Source: Atractiella rhizophila (Eukaryota). Taken from it: a stretch of 55,329 nucleotides of DNA. The translations under genes and the position numbers were made by a program. This document shows positions 22,758 through 35,956 of the stretch, one piece after another. The notes under the pieces are model-generated. The model was not told where the DNA came from. It saw only the letters and a list, made by a program, of their open reading frames with translations, and searched no databases. Location of the stretch: contig MU271204.1 in assembly GCA_021432655.1 (NCBI GenBank), forward strand, positions 111,019 through 166,347, in the 5' to 3' direction. Position 1 is the stretch's first letter. Every line of letters starts with the position of its first letter.

Positions 22758-22936
22758 TGTTGTTTTTGTCTGCTACTTTGTTAACCTCAAACAAATGTAC
22801 TACATTTGGCTGAGCTCTTGCAAACACATGAGCAGCAGCAACACAAGAGGTGTTTATATACATGAGAGCTGGGGCAAATAGAAACTTCCAGAATGTTCAT
22901 AAAGAACGTATTACTAACATTTATACATCTCCAACA
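22758..22936 (-). mobile_element. Solo LTR (179 bp) with 5-bp TSD
   Basis: TGTTG...CAACA ends with AAGAT duplicated at 22753-22757 and 22937-22941. Has a TATA box and an R-region block shared with the 19532 LTR. Confidence 0.88.
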
Positions 22937-23254
22937 AAGATTGATACCCTCTTTGCACTCCAACTGTGCTGAGAACCTCTTCTTCTCCTTATTCCCCGCC
23001 TCCTCACTCAGTTACGCTCGCTGGTGACTCTACATCAAAGTGCTTCGGCATTCTCTCAAATGGTAGGCAATGGAAGCTGAGAGGTTGGGGGAGAGTGAGA
23101 AGTGCATTAGAGCGGTCTTGGGTAAGTTGGAAGGAAGTTTACGGGAGAATGAAGAGGGATTAAAGGCAATCCGGAGGCATTGGAAGGGAGGGTGGAGGAT
23201 CTTGGAAGAAGATTGGAACAGAGTAGAAAATGTAGAGAGAGGTAGTGAGCACAG

Positions 23255-26200
23255 CCAGTGAGCCAATTTATCCACTGCTACGTCAAAGATGGCATGGTGC
23301 TTTGAAGGCAGCTCATGTTGACGAGCACAAAGTGTCCTTTCTAGAGTTGTACAAGCGGACAGCACATCACCAAGGCAAGCAGTTCCTCGTTGGAGCTCCA
23401 TTTTTGTGATCTGGAACGGCTGCATACGGATGCAGTCAGTTAGGAGAACAATGCCATAGTAGTGCAGTAGCTTACCTCCAGTAGGCCAATAAGACTCCAA
23501 ATTTCATTCCATTCAGCTTCCGTCAGAAGGAAGGGCCGAAATTCCCTGCACAGACAGAATGCATCAAGAGCCTGCACCACAAAGACACCAGAAACAACTG
23601 TTAATTATGACAATTGCCCAGAAAGAACAGTGACATACTTTCTGAAGTCACTTTGCTCTCACAAAGACCTTATACTCCGAGTTCCAGCGTGTCTTGTTGT
23701 ACTTCAGAGGCAGAAACCCCCAATCAGCCTGTTCGAGCTCAATCATCCCGATCTTTAGAAAATTGATGCGGCATTGAGCTGTCATTCTAATCCTTCTGCA
23801 GAGGTTGAGCAACTGTGTCAACATGGAAGCATATTAGATGGATGGATTTGAACTCGAACAGTGCTCACCTTGGTGCGAGAATCGAGTGTTGGCTTTTTCT
23901 TCAGCTTGTGGCCAGTCTTCTTCCGACCTGTTTCCTTCTCCGCAACTTCAACAGGATCCCCAATCCATTCATCCTCTGTCCACTCCAATTCTGAATTGGA
24001 TAGGAATTCCAAATCCATAAGTTCATCACCATAGTTTGAGATATCGTCAGGCTCTGTAATCTCTTCTTCAGCTCCATCTTTCTTTGTTTCAAGCTCATCC
24101 ATATCGAATAACCACCCATCACCTGGAACACGAGTACCCTGCTTGTCCTTGCAGTAATGGTTTATTATGTCGGAGGAGGGTGCGAGACTGATTCCAGCAA
24201 AGAGATCTTGAGCTGCCCGGTCGATGATGTGGTTGGAACATGGTGCCTTCCAATTGTCAGCAATCCACAGAGATGTGTCCTTCTGCTTGCTGTAGGCTTG
24301 GATGTAGTCGAGTGAAAGGATCGTACTCAAAGCAGAGTCCATGAGTATGGCACCTGCATAATGGATGTCAAAAGACAAGCCACATTGTGGATGCACACAA
24401 TGCTTTTTTGTTAGAGATTCCCCTGTCTCCCATTGCCCTCTGAAGATGGTATCCAGGATTGGCAGCGGTATGGGAGGAACCAAGAATTGATGTGCGAAGG
24501 ACATGCATGCCGTGTTGCCAGTTTGAGGTGACAAGTGTGTCAGAGGCCTTCGTGTCCCTCAGGCCCCCCAACCCACTCGCAAGGGCAAGGGTGTACTGTG
24601 ACTCTTGTGAGGGTTCAAGTCCAGTTGAAATGCATTTTTTTACCCCCTTCAGAATAAAATTTCCTCGCAGCTTCAGAAAGGCGCAAGCATATGCAGTAAG
24701 ATGGTGTAATTCATTTCGTCTCAATGGGCCTGGTGATGGAGGTATAAAGGCTCAAAAGTGCGTTTTATGACTCATTCCAAGAACGGATGGCTTTTAGAGG
24801 TAAGGTTGAAGTGGACGAGTGTTCCTTGGACAGCATGAATGGACGTCCAGCAATCTGATTCCGTCGCCATCGGTCCATCATAAGCCTGTGTATCAAACAT
24901 GAGCACTGAATTGCATGAAAAGAACAAAAATGTGCACCTGTAACTCCTCGACAACTACTGACTTCATCTTCTTGTAAAGTTTGGTCGCATATCTCTTAAT
25001 TGAAAAACGAGACCTAATCTCAACCTTGGAATTGGTACTTAGGAAAGCTTCTTTGAACTCGACATCTTCTATGACACTGAAGGGCTGATCTCGACGAATA
25101 ACCATTTAGCAAGTACACCGTTCAGCTTGTCATTATCCACCGCTTTGTCTTCAGTAATGCGTGGATAGTGAGATCAGATGTCCTCTGGGTTGTCTTTAGG
25201 CTTTGAGAGGAGGAGGAAGCTTGAGACCAAGTTCTTCTGCACGACTTCGCTTTCGACAGGTACGTGTGAGGTTAGACTTGTTGGCACTTCTTAAACCCCG
25301 GACTGCATCTCCGCTCATTCTCTCAGTTTACACGGCAAGTGTTAGGCAATATGTACTCGCAGAGCAAACACAATCATTTGGACAGAGCTGAAGCAGGTGG
25401 TTGGTCCTTCCTGCGACACTTCGTTCCAGAGATGTGCTGATGATACCATACTCAATCAGAAAGATTTTACAGGGAAGAGTTGTCAATGCAGCTTCCAACA
25501 CTGCAGAATATCAAACTTCTTAGTCGTAATTTCTTTTCCTTCGTCTCCACTTTCATTCTCAATCAGAATAGGGACGAGGTTGGCTTGAATCTCAAGAGTA
25601 TTTGTCGATCTTGCTTTTGTCTGTTTCATCTTTACTCGCTTTGGCTTCCTTCGTATGAGCGTTGTGAGGTATGGCAAGTTCATTTACAAAGAAAGGGTTA
25701 CCTGTTGAGCCTCATCTGCTGTAGAACTTGAGCGCCTACGAGCTCATTTGTGTGGAGGAGGAGTGGTCTAATTGGTGTCAACTGCTTGATTAATACCTCT
25801 GGGTACAGTTAACTCGAAAGACTTACCAAACACTCCTCATCAATGTCCAGCCCAGAGTCCATATCCATCTTCTAAGCGCTTTAGTTAAGATTTAATCAAT
25901 CAGTATGCATCAGGAACACACAGAGTTGGAAGTAATCCAGCCGTCTTCATCTGGTTTCTTCTTCCGTGCCTCATTCATAATAGACGCGACATGGAGGCTA
26001 CTGCGTTGTGAACTGGATGGGGGGTGTTTTCGATAAAGGGCTAAGGAGGTTGACAATGTAGGGGCTGCATCGGATTCGCTTTCTGAAAGCTACAATGACA
26101 GAAATGTTAGACAGACAGAGTAGAGCAATGATAGGAGACCATTATGGCACACACAATGGTATTCTTCTTCCTCCTTTTTGGATGTGAAGAAACCTATACA

Positions 26201-26841
26201 AAGAACTCCATCAGATAGAAATTTGGGATTTGGAATTGGAGAGGAAAAAGTAAGCTTACCAATGCAGAAGAATGGGTTTGTTCCTGTTCTCTCAAAGCAT
26301 TTGAATGAGAAACCCGGGAGCGCAAGCTATTGTTGTCGAAGTTGAAGTCATTGGTGAGTTTGGATGGAGTGCGAGGGGTTCGAGAAGAGCGCCTTTCTGC
26401 CTCAACAGGAGAAGAAGGCATCCTCATGCTCTCAACTAATGACACTTGTGAACTGGATGGGAATATATGTTGAAATTCAAGGGCTTTAATGCAATTAGGA
26501 AAGTAGGAATTCTGGAAGTCCATATGATCCAGCAGAAGGTGATTCTTGGAGTAAAGGAGCATGAATTAACCTTGACATGTCCGGTGAGGCTCCGTTGTCA
26601 AGACTACTCAGCCAGAAATAAGAACACATCCGAGCAAAGCAAAGTACCTCAGTGCCCTGCCATGGGATATGCAAGAAATGATTATTATGCATTACAAGGC
26701 ATTAGTCCAGGATTCTGCAAATGGTAATGCCATTACTTTTTATTGGAAAGTATGGGAGAAGAAAGTACATTACATTACATTAAAAAAGCACTACATAATA
26801 TTACATTACCAATACCTGTAATGGAAATGTGCTCAGTGCTG
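23255..26841 (-). mobile_element. Decayed hAT transposon with one surviving terminus
   Basis: Minus-strand motifs in the expected order: VIRRDQPFSVIEDVEFKE..., SDCWTS, PCSNHIIDRAAQD (CxxH), TRWNS (~23680-23695), MQPFQIT..LQ...L.DV. Clustered cattac/cattaca repeats at 26680-26825 end in cagtgctg at 26841, a probable CAG-type terminus. Confidence 0.75.
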
Positions 26842-28179
26842 GTCCATTTTAGTTACTTTATGGCAGTCTCACCTTACAATTGAACACTTTGCAGGCTTTC
26901 ATCCAACACGAGCAATTATGGCCAGTGGTATGTGTACTTCTGGTTTTATATAGTACTACAATTTGACGAATTGTCTCTGCATAGGTTCGCCATTATCATC
27001 ACAAGCATCCCAATGGCATCGCTTCTCCTCATGCTCTTGTTTGGAGCTCACCGAACACAGCAAATCGATAGTACTACCTCCTACCCATTGCAACCTTCAG
27101 TGTACCTACCACAGCCATGAGATCAATGTGCTAAAAGGTTTCTTATTGTTTTCTGCTTCCCACTAATGTTTTAAGGTCAGATTCCCACTGATGCACACTC
27201 TTTGCTCAAGAACCCAATTATACCTTCTATTGTTGCGATGACCGAAAGAGCAGAGGCAAACTTGGCTTGTTTGTTCCTTTCTCACATTGACTGCCTATGC
27301 TATTGATCTGGCTTCTTGCGGGTTATGAATGTGTTCATTCAACACAAGACAAATGATGGTGACAAGAGAACACGAACTCCGCACTTCTTCAACCTTAGGA
27401 TGGATCTTAGCAAATTGAATATAGCCAGCTTTCTGGGAACGATAAGAAGGTCAGTATGCGTTTGATGTCCTTAGTTAACCAGTTCTAATGTGCTGCACGG
27501 ATATGGTTGGTGAAAGCAAAAGCTGCTATGAAGATCGGTCCCACCCAACCTGAACCATTCAAGTGTATCTAGCCCCACGTATGTTTACTTTGGAAACTTT
27601 CAGGGATTTTTGGGATAGTTTGGAACGCAGACGCTGTTTTGGGAATGGAATAACATTCTCTGATCATTTTTGCAAACTCAGCTCCTCCCCGCTTTTCCCA
27701 AACCATCCCAATAAGTCTCATTTTTTGGTATCTTTAGGAAAAATTTGGGTCCACCCACAAAAACTCACAAAAATCCAAAACTCCCAAAACGAAACGAAGT
27801 TGACTCGGGCCCAGAGCCCGAGCCCAATGGCTGGAATGTGGATTTTGGGGTTGAAATATGACTTTTTTGAACTGACCCAGACTTCTAGCCTAACATCTAA
27901 GTTCACTTCTACTTATACATGTGGTACCCAGTACTCAATGAATGAAACAGGCCCGCGCCTCAGACCTTAAACTTCACTTCGTGTCCTGCTGAAGTTGACG
28001 TCTCTCCAATTCTGGATTCACTGGCTTAAGCTTCTCCGGAGAGGATTTAATTCCTCTGCAGGTTGTGGAGAGTGTGACGGCGCTGCGGTAAAACTAATTC
28101 ATGGGAGCTCTGAGCGGAGCAAGAAAAAAGACAAATGTAGGCTCTGGAACATCCCCCTCAGAGGATTCAGGGTCATCTT

Positions 28180-28650
28180 TAGGGCTCTTCACCGTCCCGT
28201 CCGTCGAAGGTTGGCACTGAGACGGCGACGGGACGGTATCGACCCGTCCCGCCTGTCCGTCCGTCCGGAGCTGTCTCTGATGTCTGACGGTAACGGACGG
28301 TTGACGGGTTGGAGGGGCCGTACCCGTCAGACGGGCGGATGAGGCGGCTCTGTGTCAAGACTATTTCGGCTCCATAGCCTTGCAAACACTGTGAAAAGGT
28401 TAGCAAACCAGCAATGATTGCGTGTAAAGCGCGGGATTTCATGTTTCACACAAAACTTCGACACTTTTCGCTATTTTTCACAAGACTTGTCGTAAAAATA
28501 AGACTACCCGCCCGGGAGGCCGCTTGGCCCGTCTATTAACCGTCCGTCTTGTGCTAATGACCTCGTTCGACGGTGACGGGACGGGGGTGCCAGAAAAGCC
28601 GTCCGTCCCGTCCCCGTCAACCGTCTACCCCGTGACGGTGAAGAGCCCTA
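28180..28650. mobile_element. Complete 471-bp hAT MITE
   Basis: Perfect 17-bp TIRs TAGGGCTCTTCACCGTC / GACGGTGAAGAGCCCTA. 8-bp TSD GTCATCTT at 28172-28179 and 28651-28658. Dense ccgtc/gacgg subterminal repeats. Confidence 0.95.
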
Positions 28651-28887
28651 GTCATCTTCAGAGTCATCTTCAGAGTCTCTCCAGCTGATGACTCACCCCC
28701 ACGGGCCAGTGGCTTGTCAGCAAGGTCGCTGCCTGATGATTCCTGGCGCCAAATTGCGACCACGACAGTACTAGAAAAAGTGATGAATGAGAGTGAGGGG
28801 CAGGAATAAGGAAGCAAGACAAACGTAGAACTCATATTTGTAAATATCACGGTGGCCGGCCCTTTAACAATGGTTTTCTGGGGGGGC

Positions 28888-28945
28888 GCGTTAAGGTCAC
28901 GGCGTTAAGGTCACGGCGTTAAGGTCACGGCGTTAAGGTCACGGC
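28888..28945. repeat. Perfect 14-bp tandem repeat x4 (gcgttaaggtcacg)
   Basis: Read directly from the sequence; preceded by a G run. Confidence 0.95.
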
Positions 28946-29240
28946 TCGAACAAGGGACACACCTTAACCCCCAGTAAGCTCGTCTTCTTCATCCACCTCC
29001 ATGTCTCCATCATCTCTCTTCACTGCTCCGTAAATTATCTTATACAGTACTTTTCCACCCTTAGCAGACATCTCCTCCGCTTCATCCACTGCATATTGCT
29101 GTGGTTGTTGGGGAAGGATCTTCAAATAAATCGGGGGGGGGGAGGTCATTATCCTAAGACGTGCAGAGCGCGAGTGCGCCCTTCAGGCGGGAGAAGGTCG
29201 CTTATGAGGTGCCTTCATGGGTGGATGAAATAAGCCTAGA

Positions 29241-29313
29241 GAAGGCCACAGAAGGCCACAGAAGGTCGAAGAAGACAGAGAATCCAGATAAGGCCAGATA
29301 AGGCCAGATAAGG
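29241..29313. repeat. 10-bp minisatellites (gaaggccaca x2.5; ccagataagg x3)
   Basis: Read directly from the sequence. Confidence 0.85.
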
Positions 29314-29699
29314 TAGACAAAGCTAGAAAATCTTCCACGTTCATCGCTGGCGTGCTGCTTGTGGCGTGAATAAGAGAGAGCAGAGCTGAGAGATGCAGTA
29401 TAACAGGAAAAACCGCTCCGCTCTCTTCCTCTCCTTCAATTATTAGCATGCTGCCCACCGCTACACTGTCCTTGCTTGGTGATTGTTAAGAAACAACGCT
29501 ATGGTTGTTAGGATTGCAGTCACCCAACAGCGACTAAGGCAGGACGCCGTCGAGATGAAAGCCCGCATCTCGCAAGACACAGCATTCTGGAATGACGTCC
29601 ACTGTCCACTTTTTTTGCTGGTTCTTCTCTCATTGGTACTTAGGCACGGATTTGCACTTGGTGTTCCCGGTTCGTCGCGTCCTCTACGCAACGCAATTT

Positions 29700-32600
29700 C
29701 CATCTGGAATAACTTTGCAGTGTTTCTCTGGACAGCATTTGTTTCCTCGTTATTCCCACTCCTGGATGTTCGTGTGAGATATGTGAGTCTGTTTCACGCC
29801 ACATCGAGATAGACCTTAATGCATTTAGTCTTAGACCGGAAGCGTTTATTCTGATATTCTGGAAGTCGAACGGACCGAAAAGGCACTTCTGTAACTGACG
29901 AAAAGAAAGTCCGTAAGAAATAGAGAGTGCTGCCGCCGGCTCTAAGAGCCGTATTGTGCATGTGTATTGTGTCTGGGACATCGTGGAGGAGGCAGCGACG
30001 GAGAACAAGCTGTTTTCCTCCTCGGTACAGTTTCTTGCTTCCATCGATCCAATGTTGGTAGCTCAATAGTTCCCTTCCTCGTGGATTCATCCGGCCTCCA
30101 CCGTCGACTTACTCTCAAGCTTATAGTATAGTTATAGTTCGACGCTCATCCCACCATCTCGCTTGATTGGCCATTGTTCTCGAACTATCTTTGTGGGGTT
30201 CACAGTTTCACCTTGGATTCGGCGGATGCGGTCGCTAGATCCAGTTTCAACGGCACGGTTGAAGACAAGACGGGTTAGATGTTGTTTGTGAACCAGCTGA
30301 CCAGGCTGCATTCTGCTTGGCACATAGAAGTCCGCTCAAATGCGAGATGGCCTCCAAGTGACTTTCAGTACATTAGAGACCGCTGAATTCACCTCCATCT
30401 TCTCGCCTGCTCCCTGTTCCAAACTACACGTTTTTCCTGCTCCGTGGTATCACCACCGGCAGCAATTCTCTCCTCCTCAGATATTCCTCAGAACTGATCA
30501 ATATCCTGATCCGAAATCACTCCTTCGTTCATTGCTTCGGAGACATGATCAGACACTTGTCTGCGGAAGGAGATTTGGGGAGGGTAGATGCTCTGTAGAA
30601 CGGCCGAATCCCGAGCAACCCTTTGGAAATTTGGAGGGAGGTACAGCAGTTTGGTACGGCTGTTTCGTCGTCGTATTCATCTGCTGGTCCACTCTTTCCG
30701 AGGGCTGAAAAGAAAGAGCCACCGTTAAAGCTCAATAAGGAGATGTCGAAGGAGAGCTCTGAGTCGCAGCATGCTTGCAATGTGGCTGTCGCATCTTGCA
30801 GTCCAGACATCCAAGCTCTCCGACTCGACCGACAATTGCTGAGGCTCGTACATCACCTCGAACCTGAGCCTTGAGATTGACACCACGGCGAGGGTCCTTC
30901 GGTTGACAATAGCTGTACTTTCCATTTTGGAGGTCTTCGATCTCCATTGCTGCAATTGAACATGATGCTGCTTGAAGCATGTCGAAGACTTTTTGAGTCC
31001 CCTTGAGACACCGAATGATAGAAAAGAGACCTTCTAGCCGATCTGAACCGAGAAAACCCGAGAAACACCTCGCCGTCCGGATTGACCTTTGATTGTCGCA
31101 GAGCCGAAACCCATGCAGAGGAAACAACAGTGAGGAGGGCATGGTAGATTTGCCATGGACAGAAGTGTCTTGCATGTCTTGAGTAACAGACAAAGAGGAT
31201 AGTGGCAGCATGCGTAAGCTGGCGAAGCTGATCTGGCAAGGAATTATCGGGACTGACAAAGCTGAGGAAGATCAACTCGAAGAACTTGGCAGGGAGCCGA
31301 TATGCTCGCCATTCCGAAATGAGGTAAGGATCACTGTCTATGGGAGAAGGCAGGTCCTGAAGCTGAATGAAGTGGTAGATGAAGTGTGTCGCGGCAGGGA
31401 CGTTCTGTGCATCATCCTCAAAGAACAGATCTTGCCATTCATACTCAGAGACATCGGGATGACGCTTTCGAAGCCACTCGAGATGTCGGTCCCACAGTCA
31501 ACAGAGTCGCTCCTAGACGCCCATGGTTCCGCGTCAGCCATGTCCGAATACTCTTCCAGATATGCTTCGGGTTCACACAGTATGCCACTCCGCACTCAGA
31601 GCAAGCATAGTCGAAATAGGGGAGATTGGATGGGAGCAGTTCTTCTGACTCAGGGACAGGCTCCAAGAGTGTAGACTCTCGATAAATAACCTGTGCGTTT
31701 CAACGTCGTCCCCCGTCTCCATCACTACAGCTGGTTGTGTGAACACTCCCCCGTCGATTCTTCTCCAACCATTCCTTCAAGACCCTATCATGAAGTCGCA
31801 TATCCTCCTGGATCATCTCATCTGTCAAGCCGGTGCCGCAGTATCCAGATACAGACATAATCTTGCAACCATATCCTAAGTGCTTCAGCATTAGAGGTTG
31901 GTCCTGAATGCCGAAAAGATGAAACAAACCTGAGCGTGTGTTCTTGTTGTAAACCACAAATGAAGCCTTCGACACGCGATGCCAATCGCCACGTTGGTAG
32001 GCAGCCACATAGTCATCAAGATCTTCTTTTGTGAAACATTTCTTCACCTCCCATGCTCCTTACAGATCCCAAGCCAGCAGTTGGTATGGAAATCCCACTG
32101 GATCTTTCTTTCACAAACTGTCTTGTCTTGAGCCGTCGAATAGCAGGCAGGTTGCTTGTCGCAGTTCAGTTGGAAAGGGCCTATGGTTCGCGAAGGAAGC
32201 GAGCTTTCGGTGGGACCCTGAATCAGGGGCGATCCATTTGGGAGGGAGGATGTGGTGTTGGAGTTGTGGATGGCTTGAAAATTGGTTAGTCATCTTCAGA
32301 CGCAGACGAGTCCGACAAACTGGCCACAGAACTGGCTTCGGAGAAGCAGTCGTGTTTTCAGACACAGCAGCAAGGTCGAGGTTATGACGAATTTCCTCAT
32401 CCTGAACCTTTCCGGGGGAATCCACAGCTGGAGGTGACTGACGAAGCGTTGAACTTGACGAATGGAAGGAAAATTGGCTGCTTTATGAAAAATGTTCACG
32501 AGCCTATTACCTCCAATGCGCAAGAGGAAAAGGGAAAGCTCGTAGTCCTTGAGGGAATACGAATATAGCTGCTCCTTTCCGGTCGCGACGGCATGAATCT

Positions 32601-33250
32601 TTGAAATGATGCGACGGTGCCCCATTTTGGCTTTGAGCCAGTTGCCAATAAGAACTTTGATTCGCGGGATATCGGCATTAGCGATGGCCTGGAGGAGGTC
32701 GTTAAACAGATGGATTCGTAGCTCGAATCGCTTGATCTTCCATCCGCGAGCAACGCCCTAATACTCACTTAGCTTGTAGCCTTGCCGTGTTGAGGGGAAA
32801 TCAAACCGCATTCCTCAGCTGCTGCTTCCTCCTCTCCATCTCCTGCAAATGCCGTTGATGGTGAACATGACCATGCTTCCCTAGTGGCACATTCACGGAA
32901 AGCAAATCCTTCCCAGCCGTCTCTCTCCAACCTCGAATGGTCGCATCCTTTTTCAAACTTGGGCAAGCATCACAGATTAAGGTAGCTCCATTCATTCCGC
33001 CATGGCCAATCGTCCTCCCTCCACAAAGTAGATAATAAAGCCAGATATCGGTACCATCATTTGCATATTTCCCAACATTTGACCGGTAGAGAGAGATGGA
33101 GGCATGAGAGTAGCGAAGTGCAGCTGGTCCGCACTGCTCAGGTAGCGCAAACTTGTAGCCACTGCAAATTTGGCTGCTAGGGGGAGCCAGGCTTAAAGAG
33201 CTCGGCAGAAGCCCCGGCAGAAGCACAGCGAGGAGGAGGGAGACCACCTT
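29700..33250 (-). pseudogene. Large decayed DDE transposase with P-element/THAP9-like motif order
   Basis: Across frames: LRIGGNRL......NFPSIRQVQR; LLFD...ERKIQWD.HTN.WLGICKEHG (D1); SCSDGDGGRR (D2); NPKHIWKSIRTWL (cf. D.PHL.K..RN); DDAQNVPAA (cf. DKM.V..A); SLPDQLRQL.HAA.ILF; GSDRLEGLFSIIR (cf. QD.LENFF..IR, catalytic E). Cys/His-rich N- and C-terminal regions. Confidence 0.65.
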
Positions 33251-35956
33251 GTCGGAACGATGAGGTGTGCATTATCAAAGAATGAGGTCGCTGCGATTGA
33301 GGTTTCGAGAGTGGAGTGAATGTGCTCCTGCTGGCTGACAGGCACGGAGGAGACTCGAGGAGGAGCAGGGATGCTGGATGGTGGCAAATACACGGTTTGG
33401 AAACTGTTGTCACATCAGTTTCCAACTCCGGTAAAACAAAAGGATGCCGACATACCTTTCCTGACCTGCTTGAATAGCCTTGCACATCCCATCCGCTTTC
33501 TGGTGAGAATGGAGATGGTTAGACTTGACACGCTTTCTGTAGAAAGGGTATGGAATCATCCCCTAACACAGTGGAAGCATGAAACAGTCGAAGTTGAGAG
33601 TGCATACCTCCTCTGTAGGTTCTCAATCCTGCTGACGTTGTCTCCGCTTCCTCTCCCTCTCAAAACTCCGACTACGCTTCGACGATTGAGCTCAGGCTTC
33701 ATCCTCCCCCGTCGATTTTCTCTTTCTGCTCAATGCTGGCTCTTCTTCAGCACCACCCTTTCTGCCTCCCACCATCTCTCGTTCGGCATGAGCACTCGAT
33801 ATATGCTTGATCACAGCTCCTTCATTTTCTTCTCGCCAAAATCCACCGCTTACTCGAGAAGGATAACTGCTAAAGGTTGGTCGCGAGGCTCGGAGAGGGC
33901 CGCAGGCTGTAAGGGGAGGAGCCCACTCCGTGCAGGTATGTGTGACAGAGGGGTACGAGAGCGGCAACATTGAGAAGGAGATTTAGAAGAGTAACGGCGA
34001 GGGCTAGGAGGGCTAGGAGACTCCAATGAGCGACGACGGAGTGGTCGTATGGGGCAAGAATCTAAGTGAGGATTTCTATGCAAAATCGGAACATGTACAT
34101 CTAGTAACTGGGCTCCAGTGTTGTTTTGAAGAGCCGGATCCAGAGTAAAGCTGAACGAGGGAGAAGAAGGAAACTCTTGATTATAAACATGGCTATGAAC
34201 AGTTATGGCGGTTTGCGAAGAGGGTTGAATGGTAATAGGTTATGATGTTCCTGTTTGGGACTGGGGGTTGAGAGTGGTTGAGGCGGAGATTAGGCCTAGT
34301 GTGATCAAGAAGCCGGTGCCATAGATGAACGATGAATGTGAAGAAATGCTGCAAGAAAAGTACGAAGGTATGCGGTGGAGTAGGAGAGGTTGAGTGGATG
34401 GAAGGTATGTCGACTCCGATTATTAACTTGGTGTTGTCGTAGTACGATGTAGAATTATGCGTGACCGTGCAAGTAGAACTGGGATCATTAGCGGTCGTGA
34501 ACGTGCAGTGAGAAGAAAGTTGCTTGATGCGACAAACAGGGACGATTCTATTTCACCTAGGATGCAAACCTTGCGCGTTGCAGATAACTGTTTCACATCC
34601 TTTTCACGATGATCAGAAGGTTGTCGGAGTTTGTCGATCTCCTCCCACTGAGAATCAGTCCTTGCCAGGTTTTTAGACCTTACCCAGTCGTTGCACTCAC
34701 CTGATACAGGACAGCTTTTTCACGGATTTGTCACCGGCGTTCCGTCCCGCGAGGGGAACCACCACTCTCTTGTGATTATCTCCTGCGATCACGAAGTCCT
34801 TTGGTGTTCTCAACGTTTACCCGACGACTGTAGCGCATAGGAAAGCAGTCTATAAAGATCAAACTCTCCATTATGGATCGCAAAGAATATGTACTTCATA
34901 TGTTGGAATTGATCAATCCGCTGATGCGACATTGTGACTAGAAAGTTTATTCCACGGACATGGGACAGGAGATGCAGTTGGAAGTAATCGACATTGCTCG
35001 GGAAGTCTTGGAGCAACTCAAAGATCACAGTAACCAAGACGTGAGTTCTTTCAATGGTGGTGGATAGAGCACTTGAGCGATCTGCTGTATTGTTTGATCC
35101 GCGACAGCAAGCAAAGGTGATAAGGGGAAAACTTGAACAGAAATACCCGGGTACCTGGTTCGTCACAGTACACCCTGCAGGCAGCACTTATGGTCATGCT
35201 GTAACTGCCCGTAAGTGTTTGCTCCTGCAGGGTTGTTGTGGTTATTCATCTACAGTTCGCTTGTAGAGCCTGGAAGCTACTTTTCTTTTTTCTTTATTTC
35301 AATGGGGAAAGGCGCTGTAGGATATCCCTGCTCGTTTCCTTTTTGAGCTGACAGTGTGTTCAGTCGGTGTTCCGGCCGGTGCTAATCAAGGAGTAGGAGA
35401 AATGCCGTGTTAGCTCTGGTTATTGGTTATTGTGGTGTATGGGCCTCCATTAGACAGCATTTGTAACCGTACCCCAACACAGCAAAGGAAATGTCAAATC
35501 AGATACTGTAGTAAGGTTACATAGCTAATAGGTTCATTAGTAGATAACCAAGCGCTAACGATCCAATCTCACAGAATGGTCCCTCAGCAATTGCGGACCG
35601 TTACATCCCTATGGCCAACGTTCCAACAATGGAAGGATTGTCGACGGCCCATGAACACTTCGAGAATTCCAGGCCAGTCCTGCTTGCATTGGACATTCCA
35701 GCACCCAGCACCACAGCTGTCGAAACTGCTGCTGTAATTCCTCCTGCTCATATGGTCCCACGGACAACGCCTTCGTAACCCCCTTACGGTTGATCACCCA
35801 CTATCGTACCGCATCAGCTACTGGCCTGCGGACGCTTCCCTCGAAATGTTGCCAGCCCCTTACTTAATTTATTCACGATACAATGGTCAACCCGCTTCAC
35901 ATGCGGGCAATACCTTCCTATTCTGGAAGCGGCTCCTGCCTAACTTGGAAGTCACA

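Noticed and set aside
27563..27936. Possible non-autonomous DNA element
   Set aside because: Composition looks like a transposon end, but the candidate TIRs match poorly and no TSD is evident.
28888..28945. Interstitial telomeric repeat
   Set aside because: The 14-mer is not TTAGGG-like beyond ttaagg, and the isolated ctaaccctaac near 38438 is under two units.
34459..34469. Opposite TIR of the P-like element (gcgtgaccgtg)
   Set aside because: Only 6 nt match cacggtggcc at 28848 and the flanks give no target-site duplication.
35462..35605. Short solo LTR (tgtaaccgtacc...ggaccgttaca)
   Set aside because: The ends are imperfectly inverted and TG...CA, but the flanking 5-mers (gcatt / tccct) do not form a TSD and there is no second copy in the window.
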